Assembly: GCA_052327205.1 (NCBI GenBank)
Contig: CM126216.1
Span: 86,304,001-86,368,000 of the forward strand
DNA length: 64,000 bases
From: Somniosus microcephalus
Taxonomy: Eukaryota
Direction of reading: 5' to 3'
Shown here: positions 12,673 through 26,435 of the stretch, in pieces
Position numbering within the stretch: position 1 is the stretch's first letter
Layout: each line of letters begins with the position of its first letter
Notes under the pieces: generated by a model
What the model was told of the DNA's origin: nothing
Database searches by the model: none
What the model saw: only the letters and a program-made list of their open reading frames with translations
Made by a program: the position numbers and the translations under genes

Positions 12673-14334
12673 CAATTATAACAGAAAATGCTAGAAGCAC
12701 TGCAGGCTAGGAAGCACCTGTGGAGAGAACAGACACGTCGCTTCATCAGAACTTCTGATGGAGGGTCTGTGTCTGAAGCGTGCTCGTGTCCATTCTTGCT
12801 GCAGATATTGCCGGGCCTGCTGATGATGCTGGCATTTTCTGTTTTCTTTCAGATTTCCAGCTGTTGTTTTTTTGTTTATACTGACAATATAGCCCTGACC
12901 TAAACCTGTTTCCAATTACTTGTTTTCACTGCCCTATATATGTCTAATCTTCTTCAAATTAATTTTCTTTACTAAATGTATTTTTGAATATTTATCTAAA
13001 TAAAACAGGAGCTATTTTTAATAGGTTGGGGTACCAAGATTGCAAGTTAGATGGGTACTTTAATTTCATGATCTTAGAATATCATGACTTGGCAAACTGG
13101 GTTTTTCAGTTTGATGCTGTTTAGAAATTAATCCCCTTGCACCATAGTACTGTTTTGAGCAAGTTACCACTTTCAGAGCTAATAAAATGGCATTTTTAAG
13201 TTTGATGATGAAGCAGGAAATTTTCAGCCAGTTATTAAATACTATTTTTGATCAAGATTCTCATTAAACATTCTTGTACTAGATGAGCTTCAGCTACTGT
13301 GATATTAAAATAATTTGAGGCTACAAACAGATATTAGAAGTTAAATTTTGTTGCACATATATCAGTAAATGTGTTGCTGATTGGCCAGTATTTTAGATCT
13401 GCTGAAGAAATTGAACATTGCGATGACCCTTCTGATAAATAGGGAGATTCATTATATTCTAAATCATTTTTTATATACATCTATTTAAGACATGACTGGT
13501 CACTTGTTTACTGCAAGATTACTTTCTCTGGATTGGGGGTGCAATCCACACTCATGTCTCTGGTGTTCTCACATTTTGATTGAAAAGCAAGTATAAAGCA
13601 CTTAATACAGACTGCTTCAAATAATCAATTTAAGACAAAGGGTTTGGTAACATGCAATTGAATTTGTGTAAATAACCTATTGTGTGGCTCAGGCCAAGTG
13701 CCATTTTCTCACAGCAGGTGAAATTGACCAAGGCAGAGAGAGATATTTTTGCAGTCTGTTATAGCACTTCAGTTCTTTTGACCCCATTAAGAGAGGCTTG
13801 AGGCTCTGTGGCGATTAGAGAAAACTGAACATATAAGTTTTATGTAATAGAAGTGGGTCCAGATTTAGCATTGCTAACAGAGATGAGAGTGTTGAATGTT
13901 TTATTATTTTGTATATCCAAGGAGGTGTAAATTAACCAAGCAAAATCTTCTATAGTGTTTTTCCACTGTTGTCTGCTTCCATCAGTATTCTAGGTTGCAT
14001 GCCAGTGCCTTTTCCATTTAGAATGCCATAATTATTTTCAGTACTACTTTCTTATCAATAGTCATCTCGTCTAAGTGCTCAACCATCTTTCAAACAACCT
14101 TGAATATAGAAGTTTTTCTGCACTCCCTTTAATTCTTGTGGAAACATGTCCATTTTGTACCCTAATCATCATCTCCTGTTTGAAAGTTTCCCATTATTTG
14201 TTGTGCCAGAGAACTGGAAGTTTACCAGTGTAATGCATCTGCTCAAGGAGGGAGAAACTATGGACCAGTCGATCAACATTTGCAATGGATAAACTTCTAG
14301 ATGCCATAATAAGTGATTTTTTTTTAATATTCCC

Positions 14335-14640
14335 TTAATGTGGGCATTGCTGGCAAGCCCAACATTTATTGCCCATCACAAATTGCCCTTGAGATGGTGG
14401 TGGTGAGCCGCCTTCTTGAACTACTGCAGTCTGTGTGGTGAAGGTACTCCCACGGTGCTGTTAGGGAGGGAGTTCCAGGATTTTGACCCAGCGATGATGA
14501 AGGAACGCCGATATATTTCCAAGTCAGGATGGTGTGTGACTTGGAAGGCAACTTGGAGGTGTGGTGGTGGTCCCATGCTCCTGCTGACCTTGTCCTTCTA
14601 GGTGGTAGCAGTCGTGGGTTTGGCCGGTGCTGTTGAAGAA
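14335..14640 (-). mobile_element. LINE 3'-end fragment, same family as 11068-11335
   Basis: Reverse-complement similarity; embedded within an older CR1 remnant. Confidence 0.7.
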
Positions 14641-15652
14641 ATTAATACTCACTTAGAAAGACATGGGTTAATTAAGGATAACCAACACAGATTTGTAGAA
14701 TGCAAATTGTGTTTGACAGATTTTAATAAGAGTTCTTAAGGAAATGCAATGAATGGTATGTATATGAATTTTCAACAGCCATTTGATAAAATGTCATAAA
14801 GGAGTTGTTTAAATTAAGGCACACATTTAAAGGGAATGTGGCAGCTTGGATAAGAAGCTGGCTAAAGGACGGGAAGGCTAGAAACCGTGATATTTGTCTG
14901 TGTTGGAGCCTTTGCTTTTCTGTGGTCTGTACTTTGGTCTAGAGGGCATAATATCAAACTTTGCAAACAGGAAGCATGATTAACTGAAGAGCACTGTGAA
15001 TGACTTGACAACATAGAAAAGTTAGTTGATTGAGAAGAAGTATAAGATAATGTGTTGTAGGAGGAAAAATGAGAGGAAATAGACTAAATAAAACTTCAAA
15101 AGGAGTAAACGAGCAGGGAGATTTAACATGTTGGAAAGTGAGGACAAGTTAATGCTATTTTAAAAGAAAACGTATATGGGATCCGAGGTCTTATAAATGG
15201 GCCATAGACTATAAATGGAAAGCAGTAATGATAAATCAGTGGTTAGGCAGTTTTGGGCACCCTACTTTAGAAAGGATGTCAAGGCCATGGAGAGAGTACA
15301 GAAGAGATTTACTAAGCTAAAAGCAGGGATGAGAGACTTGTTAATGAGGAGAGAGTAGAGAACTTGGGGCTTTTTCACTGGAACAGAGAAGGTTAAGAGG
15401 GGATAATTGAGGTGTTCAGAATTGAGGGTTTTGATGAGGTAAATATGGGAAGACTATTTCCATTGATTGATTAGTTGGTAACTAAAGGCATAAATTATTA
15501 CCAAAAGAACAAAGGGAGAGGTTAGAATTTAGAGAAAAAATAATTTCAAAGGGTACGGGGAAAAGGTATTGGAAGTGGACTAAATGGAGAAAGACAACCC
15601 AGATGCATGAGCCAAATGCTACCACTGATTCTATAAAATTTTATGATTCTAG
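14640..15652 (+). mobile_element. Old degraded CR1 LINE (RT to tail)
   Basis: Eroded CR1 motifs (cagttttgggcaccctactttagaaaggatgtcaaggccatggagagagtacagaagagatttact; tail atgattcta). Confidence 0.65.
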
Positions 15653-16094
15653 TTTCCAAACTGGGTAGAAGAAACGGGGAGGTTTATTTAAAAAAAAAAA
15701 AAGGAATTTTCATTCAAAGGATAGAAAAGAAAGGTTGGAATAAGTGGAATATAGAGTAAATTTGGATTTTATTTAATTTTTGCTGTTCACATCTATCAAA
15801 TTTTATTGTTCACAAAGTTGAGTTTTTAATATTTAGTGCTTTGAATAAACACTCAATCTAGTATAAGTGGGACATACAAGTTATCTTAGATAGGAAATTG
15901 GAGTTAATAAACCTCATGGATTTCTTGTCACGACCTAGCAGTGGGATTTTCAAAATTAAGTTTGGTGTTTCAGAGCTTTTTCTTTTATTTTGGTCATTTA
16001 ATCTGTTTTCAACACAAACACAGGCTTCAAAAGTTCAGGTTTGATGTGGTTTTATCTTGTTAACCTGAAAACTGGGAAATCTAATAGTTAAATA

Positions 16095-16416
16095 CAGGAA
16101 ACTTTGGTTTATCCGGAGGCTAACTGTCCGGAATGCTCGAGCCACCGGCAAAAATCAGGAGCCGTTTCGTTAGGTTTTTTTTCTTTTCGTTGCTTTTTTT
16201 CACCAGTCAGGCTCTGCAAGGTCTCGCTAAAGCTGTTGCTAAGCTACAGAGACGCTTGCAAGGTACGGCCGACTGTTTAGAAGCTGACGGGGTTTGTTGC
16301 CAGATACGGAGCTTAAAATCTCCGTATGTTTCAACATTAGCGCTGGTTTGTCCGGCAGTTTTGATGGGACGGCAACAGCTCGGTCCCGTCGGTGCCGGAT
16401 AGCACAAAGTTTCCTA
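16095..16416. mobile_element. Non-autonomous Tc1/mariner-superfamily (pogo/Tigger-like) MITE
   Basis: TA|caggaaactttggtttatccgg ... ccggatagcacaaagtttccta|TA: imperfect TIRs flanked by TA. Confidence 0.7.
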
Positions 16417-17691
16417 TAGCAGTAAAATTAAAGGTACGAGTGCAGAGAGCACATGGGAAGGGAAAGGGACAACAGGGTAAACTGAATTGGTGTTAAATTT
16501 TTAGGTAAGACTAGTAGATCTCCTTTGGCATGGCTCATGAGTAGTTAGGAACTGATGTGCAGTTTCTGATGTTGACCATGCCCTGCCACATCCTAAATAT
16601 GACGGTGGTTAGCTCATCGCTACAAAATGGCAAATTTGCTGAACTTGTATATCATCTGACTGGTACAAGGTTAAAAAAGGCACACCTTATTGATGCTAAC
16701 AGATCTACCTCTGATATTTATCTACCACATTGCAACAACTTGCATAAGATGCAAGCACGTTTGTTCTTCTCTTTCTCTCCCCCCCCCCCCCCCCCCCCAA
16801 AAAAAAAAAAGCTGGTCCTCAATTATTGCATCTTTTGCATGCACAAAATTTGACAACAAGAATATGGGATCAAGAGAGGAGCAAGCCTGTGCAGGAGAAC
16901 TTGTTGCAGGCATTTGTAACATTTTAAGTAATTTTGAGTAGGTTTGCAATGATTTTTCTTCAGAATTGTGTACTTTATTTTATGAATGTTAATTTTAGTA
17001 CATGGACAGTGGTTTTAAGATTGCTTTTGGCCATTTTTCTTCAGTGAAAGTGTGTGGTAGTTGCTAGTAACAGATTGCTAGATTGGTGGGGGGGGAGGGG
17101 CGGAACCAAGGGATATGGGGATGGTGCGGGAAGGTGGAGTTGAGGTAGCAGATCAGCCATGATCTTATTGAATGGCAGAGCAGTCTACTCCTCCTATTTC
17201 TTATGTGTAATTAGGGTAGTTTTGTAGTGCTTGTTGCTGATTTAGTAGCTTTCCTCCCTGTCTGGTGAATGGAAGTGATTTTTGGTTGTTCTGCATTTAG
17301 TTTGTGTAATATTTAAACTAGGTAGCATGCAAATAGTTATTTCAACCAATCACTGCTTTTTGCCCTACATTCACTTTGAAGTGTGACACCTTATGGACGC
17401 AAGCTTATGTGCAAAACCTTTATATTAAAATTGTATTTAGTACTTGAAGATTAATATCACTATCTAGTTTGTTTTGCTTTATTAGTGTTTGTTGAGCTGC
17501 ACAATATGAGCTGACAATTTTAACAATATAGAGCAGGAATTTCCCTAGAGCTGTGGGTATCCTAAGGGTAAAAGATAGGTGACTGATAGTAAAGCACTTC
17601 ATAATTTCTGCCTTAACCTAATGTTTCTTTATGTAATTTAGTAATTTTAATAGAGGAAACTTTAAGGATAATTAATCTTTGATTTTAATAG

Positions 17692-17825
17692 GCAAAAGCG
17701 AATGGCTGAGGAAAACACTTCGTCCCCTCCCAAGAAACAACCTCCAGCACAAAAACGGGATACCAGGCAGATTTACAATCCACCTAGTGGCAAATACAGC
17801 AGTAATCTTGGTAACTTCTCATATG
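17692..17825 (+). CDS. API5: API5 penultimate coding exon
   Basis: taatag|G...G|gtaaga; QKRMAEENTSSPPKKQPPAQKRDTRQIYNPPSGKYSSNLGNFSY. Confidence 0.96.
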
Positions 17826-17998
17826 GTAAGATATGTAAAACAAATTGGGAGATTCTGGCAATTTAATTTTTCTACAATGATGTAACCGGTTGGAACAGAA
17901 CCAATGATGGAATATGGGTTTGTCTGTGATCTACTACGCTACTAAGTTTCTCGTCTCTGCAGTGTTGCTATGAGGGAAAATGCCATAGAGGACATTAA

Positions 17999-18800
17999 GG
18001 GCTGGATTTTGCCAGCACTGAGGGCAGGTTTGGAGGCGGGTCAAAGGTTAAAATTGTTTTGATTGACGGATTGTGATCCCATCGTCAACCCGCCTCCAAA
18101 CAATTTTCCCAAGTGTCGGGTCTCCAATTTGCGCATGGACCCGACACCTAGCGGCGGGAAGAGGATTAAAGGCAATTATCTGCCTATTAACAGGTAGTTG
18201 CTAGTAGTTGACAGGCTATTTTTGAATTTTGCCACTTCTGGCTCAGAATTCCCGACATCCGGACACCACGCTAGGTAAGTGTGGCGTGCTGTGAGTCTGC
18301 TGTAATGTTTCTGGATTGATGACAACTGCAGAAGTGATGTGAAGGATCCAATGTTGCACTGGTGAGCCTGAGGTAAGAAAATGTTGGAAAATGCATTTTT
18401 AATACATTTACACATTTGTTTAGGTTACAGGTTTTGAAATCCATGTCCAGTGCCACCTCATTGGGAGAATCACTTCTGTCACCTCACCTGCAGCTGCCAT
18501 CTATTCCAGCCTATGGAGGGAGTCATTGGAGAGCCCACTTCAATGCTGTCAAACACTGAGAAATCAACTGTCAAAAAAAAATTGTGCGTGGTCCCTTTAA
18601 GAAAACCGGCAGATGACATCATCAAATGACGTCATCCGACCGGCTTCCTCTTAATTGGCCAGCAAGCTCGCAGGACGGGCTTAACAAGGTCAATCAACGT
18701 AAAATCACGTCTGTGGGCCGGATGCAGTTGGGGGTGGGACTGGAAGCCGGAAACCACCTGACCCGCACCCAGCCTGCCTTCATTGATCATTCACGGCCTA
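17999..18800. mobile_element. Probable non-autonomous Harbinger-like DNA transposon remnant
   Basis: Begins taa|gggctggattttg like the element at 55885; GC/CpG-richer ends than the flanking intron. Right end uncertain. Confidence 0.4.
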
Positions 18801-19222
18801 AGTGTTGCGTCATCGTGGCAGTGGAAGGCATCCTTGTGTAGTGCTCACCCACCACTTGGTAACTGGGTCAAAGTGGCATTGAACAGGTTTGGGATCTAGT
18901 TGTCTGCCCTCAGTTGGTTCATATACCAGGGAAAGGGAGAGAATAACTTTGGGGGGGGTGCAGCAGGGAGTAACACATTATTGTCCTTTTTGAATTTTGA
19001 TTACCAGTTCTAGTTCATTTGGGAAAGGAAGAGTTTTGATAGGATCAGTGAATTTTTCAGTTGCAAGATCAAATTTTGCTGTCTAATTTTAAACTGTATG
19101 CTCATATTACAAGTAGATGCCTACATAATTCAGTATAATCTTCAAGCTACGTATCTTAAAAATGTCCTTAAAATGACAAGTAGATAAGAAAACACATCGA
19201 GCATAATTTTCTTTCTTTACAG

Positions 19223-19302
19223 AACAAAGAGGAGGTTTCCGTGGAGGCAGAGGTCGAGGCTGGGGCGGACGAGGAAATCGTAGCAGGGGGCGCCTCTATT
19301 AG
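19223..19302 (+). CDS. API5: API5 last coding exon (RG/RGG-rich tail, stop TAG)
   Basis: ttacag|AA CAA AGA...; (E)QRGGFRGGRGRGWGGRGNRSRGRLY*. Confidence 0.96.
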
Positions 19303-22155
19303 AACTAAAGGCTCCTTCACCATTGCCCATTGTGCAGTAGTTACTGTGTATTATAATCTCGGGATTGCCACGGAGCACCTGCAAGAACTGCTAGTAGCCT
19401 TCAAAGGAGAATTCTGTATTTAAGCAAACCTAATTTCTAAAAGATACCTTTGTACATTTCAACCTATGTTTATATGTGGGAACGTGAAGCTGTTTTTCCA
19501 AACCCACACTCTTGTTCTGAAATGTGCTTTTTATTTCCTTTTCTTTGTTTTATACTGCTCTTCTGACATTTATAATAATTATTAGGCTGGGAGGAATTGT
19601 CAAAACAAAAAGCACAGCAACAATTGACATTCCAAAATCCATCTTTGCAAAAACATGGTAAAATTAGAACACAGTAGAGAAATTCATGAACAGCACCCAT
19701 TTGATGCTACATATTGTCCAACTGACTGTTTCCCACTAATGTGATGTAAAACCTGCATTCAGGATAGCATTTAAAATTGGTCCTGTTGTGATCTATGACC
19801 AATGTGGAAACTTTCAAGCTACTCTGAGTTCTCTAGTACCAGTGACTTATTTCCAAATGCACATGTGCCACCAGAAGGAGTAACATCAGTGTAACACTGA
19901 TGTTCATGAGAAAACTCTTGCAGCACTGGCACTTCAAAATTTTGGATCTCATACTTCCCTAATTGAAATGCCTAACTTTTAATCTGCTTCAATAGGTTCC
20001 TATGCCAATCCTAGACTGAGAGCAGATAAGCAATGTTTTTCTAGGCCTCTTAGAGTGACATCTTACTACTAACAATTGACAGGGGCAATGACTTTTTTCC
20101 TCCATTTCTCTTTTGGACAATATTTTGCTTCTGCCCAGTAGTTCGTGGCTTCCCAGTTGAGATTGGGGGATTTAATTGTGTGGAAACTGTGGATGGAAAT
20201 ACATATATACTTGTGCAGTGGTGTATTAATGTACACTGTGCTACTGGGGGGGCAGAAATCCCTCCTTTTTGAAGCTGGGCAGCTGCAACCCAATCTCAAT
20301 TCAACATGTGTCCTTCAGCAAACTAATGACACTATCCCTATGGATGAACATAAAGCTACATGCTGTGATAAAACTTTTTAGTAATGTGCAGTATTTATGT
20401 AACCTGTTGCATTTTTATGGTCTGTATAGATTAACTGTTGAGTGCTATAGTACTGAAGTACTGTATTCAAAGAGTACTTGTAGTTTAAAAAAAAAAGAAT
20501 GCTTTGCTTGATTCCAAAGCTTTGTCTGCATTTGTGCTTTGATCCCCACTTCATTGCCTATCTCCATGGCCAATATTCTTATGATATCAAATATTATCTC
20601 ATTGTGCCTTTGCACTGTACAATGGGCTTCATTTTGATGTCAGAAGCCAACAGTCATGAGGTAAGTTTTCTGAACTATACCCTGTCACTTCCTGAGTTTG
20701 TATCCCCCTCCCCCAATAAACCAATACAGTAGTTAACAACTTCCACGTGTTAATATTTCAGCTGATCATCTAAATTTTTTTAATTGAGTATGAAGATCAT
20801 TGTGCTATTGGACTGAACACTAAATCTATGTAAAGAAATTACATGCTGCATGACTGCAGTCTTGTTGTGAACAAACCTTCATCCAGCAATAGCTTGACCC
20901 TTATTAATATATTTCCACTGTAGCCTTCAAATGCATTAAGTAATATATATCTCTTCAGTTCTGGATTAGGTTTAGGTCGGTGAGAATTGCTGTACACTTA
21001 CACAAAATATTACATTATGGTTCCAGTTAAATTGTGAGGGGGTTACTACGTACACCAGTATGACGGTGAATAAACTACAAGCTGTCATATGATATTGTAT
21101 TATGTCATGATCTTGCAGAGAAACTGGCTGTGTCACTTGCATTAGTGTTATTGGTGAGTCCAGCTTTAACAGTTCTGTTAACTAAATTGGGAAAGCAACA
21201 GTCAATTCAAGCCAATTTCTGTTATGGATTACTGGCGAAATGGCTACATGAATATATTTCCCCATGTGCACCAAAATTTGGGAAAGTGCCTTCAGTGAAT
21301 GTGCACGTGTTAAATGTTAGTGTCAACATTTGAACGATGAACAAAAATCTAAGTGGCAGAAACAAAATGGTCTTGAAGTAATGTTCAGAGAAGTATGTTG
21401 ATTCTTTAATACCAGATGCCAATGTTACAAGTGTTTCAGAATATGGGTAATGTCGAACCATTTTAGATCGCTGTTTAACTACTGAAATCTTAAATTTACC
21501 ATACTGCAGATTTATATAATATGAGGTGTATTTTGGAAGCTTGCTGTTGGAGGTGAATGAATACTTTATGCAGTGGCTATCAACATGAATAATGTTTTCT
21601 TATTCATTTTCTAAAATCCAGTCATTGTACAGTTTTTCTTTGGGTGGAAGCTACCTAATACAGTAGCTATGATGAAGGTCTTTGGGGAAGCATACTTTTT
21701 CCTTTTGTAAATTATACAGTGGAACCTTTTCCTTTATTTAGTCTTTGGTTTGCAATATAACAGTGACAGACCATTTTTTTAAGCAGTGTGTAAAAGGTTC
21801 CAGTTGTCTTTATATTGTGCAGAAAGATTTATTTCAACACTTTGGATTTAATCATTGCAAACTCAAGTTGGACATAGTAATACATGCAATTGCATGTATC
21901 TCTAAGGCTGTAGGTGAAGCACGTTGTTCAAACTTTATTTAGATAAGCTGTAACTGTGCATGTGACTTTTATTGGGATGTCCGTACATATTTAGAGAACG
22001 CTTTTTGTAGGTGTTTGCTAGTTTTATCAATGTCATTGCAGCTTCTGTTTAGAAATGCAACAAAGTTATTTGGTCACAGCCTCATTTTCTTTCAGTGGAA
22101 GGAAATGTAAGTGTTGCCTCACACTTTTGGAATAAAATGTTTTGTACGGTAATGG
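19303..22155 (+). other. API5: Probable API5 3' UTR with candidate poly(A) signals
   Basis: AT-rich stretch without recognisable TEs after the stop; AATAAA at 20715, 21069 and 22131, the last followed by T/GT-rich sequence. True end inferred. Confidence 0.6.
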
Positions 22156-24119
22156 TGCATACGGAGTGATATTTTTGTATATTGCACCTATAATGAATTA
22201 GTAAACTGATGAAAAATAGAAGTTACATTGTCGACTATCAGGTTTTCAAGAATTTAACTTCACCAATAACTTATGAAAAATTTAAGTTTTTATAGGCCTA
22301 TTATTTTTGATCTGGTTATGTAGACAGGCAGTTTTTCAAAGGTGTTTTTTTAACATGACAATTAGTGGCAGGAACTAATGATCTGGCTAATCTAGAAAGT
22401 TAGTGTATAATGCAGATTTGCAACAAAATGAATATTACAGTATTCAATCAGAATTTAGACATTGACACGAAATGAGTAACAAAGAAATTCAGCTATTAAT
22501 CTGCATACTAACTAGAATTTCAAGTTGTGTTTGTGTATGGGGAGGGCAAATATAATTTCCAAGTGTGAGGATAGGTGTGCTAAGATGTGTTCTCAAAAGG
22601 TGGTGATACACATTTGGAACTATCAGAAATTTGAAGAGCAAATTGCTCCCTTTATAGTTTCCAAAAATATACCGACAGTAAATCTGCTCATCGGGAACTA
22701 GCATGTGTCTCTTTCCTACAAATTTTGTTGCCTTACATTAAAACTGTTTTTTCCCTTTTATTGTTACTTCCATTAATTTTAAAATCTCTTGGTCTGGAAA
22801 ATTATGCAATAAGCCCTGTGAGGAACAGTCAAAATAGACCAGAAAACTACTGTAAATCACTTTAGAAAACACACAAGGAGAAAACTGCTATTTTATTTTC
22901 TTTGAACCGGCATCTTGCCCCATATAACATGTCCATTGTATCTTATAAGCCCCTTAAGGTCATTCTAACATTTACATGAGTGAAGTATCAAAATCTGTGG
23001 TACTTGAGGGCAGATTCATGGAGTTTTAATCTCATTTGTGCAATTGCAAAGTTAAATCCAATATGATTGTCATTTTGGTAGTATAATACAGTTAGCTCAC
23101 CCCTTAGTCATGCATGGTTAATTGGAATGCTGTAATATGTAAAAAGCACAGTAATTGTAGGAAGGAATATATATCATCTAAAAAAACTACTTCAGAATTT
23201 TTTTTTCAACATTAAAGCTACATAAAACTCTAGTGCCTTGCTCAATGTGCTTTCAGAAACCTCCCTAAAAATACTAAAACATCAAGTTCAGTTAGATGCA
23301 GTATACATACTGCATACTTTATTTTTGCTGTCTGTAATTTGATGTCAAATCTGGTAATTCACAATTATTTCTTATGTTAAAATTCTAAGCATAAAATGGC
23401 AATTTACATCTAATGGAAGCAGAATTGCTTAGTGAAAGTGTTCCTTTTTAAAAGCTTCATTCCAGTCACAGCCACTTAACCATATTACCCTCCCACACTG
23501 CCTTGTATTACACCTTGTTCTGTACTCTCAGTACCTGAGTATCATTGGGGTGGGGGCGAAGAAGAGGGACATTGATTACTAGTACAGGGTGGTGCCTACA
23601 GGCTGCAGCTTTACTGTGAAAACAGAAACTTCACATCTTTCTGTTATGTAGACAAGGTTGTTAAGAGAATCATCATGTATTTCTGGACAAAGCAACAGTC
23701 CTGTCTGCTTTGAAAAGATTTGGTTCTTTGACACTTAGGTAAATTGGCAACTGTCACCAGATTACTAAATGTCTGAAGGTCCCTACTTCTTGAGCACATT
23801 ATCTGAATATCCTAGGCCTGGTAGTGATGACACATATATTGATACAGTAACTCACTTTGCCAAACAATATTAGGATATGTTGGTGCCTGTTATTTCTCTA
23901 AATGTTGGGTTCCTGGTGCCTGTGAAAAAGAGCAGACTTGTTTCTGGAATAGCAGAGGACAGTAACTCGGAAGATTTTTGGAAGTCTAGTTCTAGATTTG
24001 TTTAATTTAGTAATGGAACCTTTAAGTAACTTTATCACCAATGCATTGCTAACTATTGCAGTACTTGATTTTTAAATGATTCCAGAGTTTTCACTTCCAC
24101 TACTCTATCTTGAAGTCTT

Positions 24120-25880
24120 ATCATGTTTCCTTTCAAGCCTGAAAAGCATGAGGTTTTGTTGTTTTTCCTCACAACTCAGATCTCTGGCACGAGGAATCAG
24201 CCATGTGGCTTTTGGAACTTCCTTCAATGTTTGAATGTCTCCCTTGTGTTTTGGTAACCAGAACGGGACACAGCACTCAAGGTGTACTCTGACCAGAGAA
24301 CACTAGTTTGATTATGACTTCCTCTGACTTAAATTCTAATTTTCTGGCTACTTAGTTCAACATTGAATATCAAGACCATTAGGTACTCAAATATCTTTCT
24401 CAACAGCATTCCTGGCTATTTCAACCCCATTCATGGATGAAGTGTATTGCCCATTTTCCTCCTCATGTGCAGTACCTTACACTTGTCTGCATTAAATTTC
24501 ATCTACATTTTTTCTGCCCACTTAGCATTTTGCCCAATTCTGCAATTTCGGAGCTCCCTCCTTTGATTTCAACGCCCCATCTAGTTTGGTTTCATCTGAA
24601 AATTCTACCAATTTGAGTTCCTGAATCAAAATTATTGATGTAAATTAGAAAGGTTAGTGGTCCCAACACCAATCCCTAAAGCACTCTATTTAACCTCCCC
24701 CCCCCCCCCCCCCCACCCAACATAATTCATCTTAACAAGTGCCCATTGTTTTCTACCCTTCATGCAATGTTCCTTGAATCCCCATAGCTTTGAGTAGGAC
24801 AAATAGCCTTTCACGTGAAACTTTGTCAAACGCCTTTTGAAAGTCTAGGTATGACGCATTTTCGGGATTTCTGGTCTTACCTGGGATGGCACTTCCTCAA
24901 AGATGTCAAGGAGCATGGCCAGGCAGGACCTTCTCATTCTGAACCCATATTGACTGTTGTTTTACTCAGTTATTGCACAGATAATCTTCAGTTTTACATA
25001 GGATTGAAGTAAGACTAATGGATCTGTAGTTGCCTGTGTCTGTCTATTCACCTTTTTTGAATATGACCTGTTTCCAATCTACTGGCATCTCTCCAACATC
25101 TACTGACTCCATCATAATTGTCAATACCTCACAAATCTCCCCAGTTTCTCTTGAATGGTATTTACCCCAGAGTCCTATCACTGGGGATTTACTGAAGCCC
25201 TTTTAGCTTGTCTGTACTTCCATTTCCTATATATCAGAATCATTCATTTTGCCTGGGTTATTTCAGGTAGAATATTGCTTGCATCTTCCCTTGTGAATAA
25301 CTAGAGGAAATAATCATTCAGAATGTTTGTTACCCCTGCTTATCCTTTTCCAGCCTGTTGCCATATTTTATGGTTCTCACTTCTTCCTTGACTACACTCT
25401 TACTGTTGAAGTTCTGAAAGAATCTCTTACGGTTACATTTTGCTTCTGCAGTTATGTTTTTTTCTAGGGCTCACTGCCTTCTGATCATCCTTTTAATGTA
25501 TTGCTGCGTGTTTATGTATTAATCCCAGTAAACTACTTTCATTTTCTCCCTGTAGGATTTGTGGTAATTTTCCTTCCACTTTTTGTGTATTGATCCATTT
25601 AATTTCATACTTGTCTAGTTTGTGTTTGTTGATTCTGGGCAGTATTTATCCCATGTGCCTAGCATTGTTCCTTAAAGGTGTCCTCATCCTGTGCTGTTGA
25701 ACAACCTTACCCAATCAATTTGCTTTTAATTAAAGTTAGCCCTTTCAAGGTTGTACACCTGGCTCTTGCCTTTGGAATTTCTGAATTTCAAATCATAGTG
25801 AAATTAATCATGTGGTGGCTGCTATTTTTGGTACTTGGAGTCATTTATGCACACCAGGTCAAGATGAGAATGAACTCTGA
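24120..25880 (-). mobile_element. Old degraded CR1 LINE ORF2
   Basis: Eroded reverse-strand motifs: accagaacgggacacagcactcaaggtgtactctgaccag, cacttgtctgcattaaatttcatct, tgtcaaacgccttttgaaagtctag. Confidence 0.7.
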
Positions 25881-26287
25881 CACACTGAGCAGTCATGCAT
25901 TACATTTACAAACTCTGAACCTGAGCCAATGGCGAGGATCTGGAAGAAGTAAAATAAAAGGGAAAGCACACAAAAGAAATGTAATTAAAGGAAGCGCTGA
26001 AATCATAAAGGGAGCACCTGAGAGAAAATCTAAAAGGAATCATCTAAGAAATAAATTTAAAGGAGCAATCGAAAGAATCAGAATTAAGATGGAGCCTGTG
26101 AGGTGTGTTCGCTATGAGATGTTTACAAATAAGCGATCAAGGCATAACAAAGGTGAAAATATACAAAAATTATCTGTTGATCAACAAGTTTAAAGGAAGG
26201 TTATGACTAGAGAGGAAAGTACAGAAACTTCCACGAGTAGATAAAAGTGAGGGGATATTTGAGGATGAGTAGATAATACTCGTTTCA

Positions 26288-26435
26288 ATGGGATAGATCT
26301 TGACTTTGTGCAAGTGTAAAACGGATGATGGATAGCGAGTCTGCAATGAAACTGAAAATCGGGAAAGATGTAGAAGGGGTTGCCGACTCGCTGTCACTCG
26401 TTTTACACTCGCACAAAGTCAATGTCTAACCCAAT
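26288..26435. repeat. Palindromic MITE-like element
   Basis: Arms atgggatagatcttgactttgtgcaagtgtaaaacg...atagcgagtc / gactcgctgtcactcgttttacactcgcacaaagtcaatgtctaacccaat. Confidence 0.65.

Noticed and set aside
25678-26193. 171-aa ORF with a hydrophobic segment and basic tail
   Set aside because: Spans the antisense strand of a decayed CR1 and adjacent A-rich sequence; no recognisable homology.
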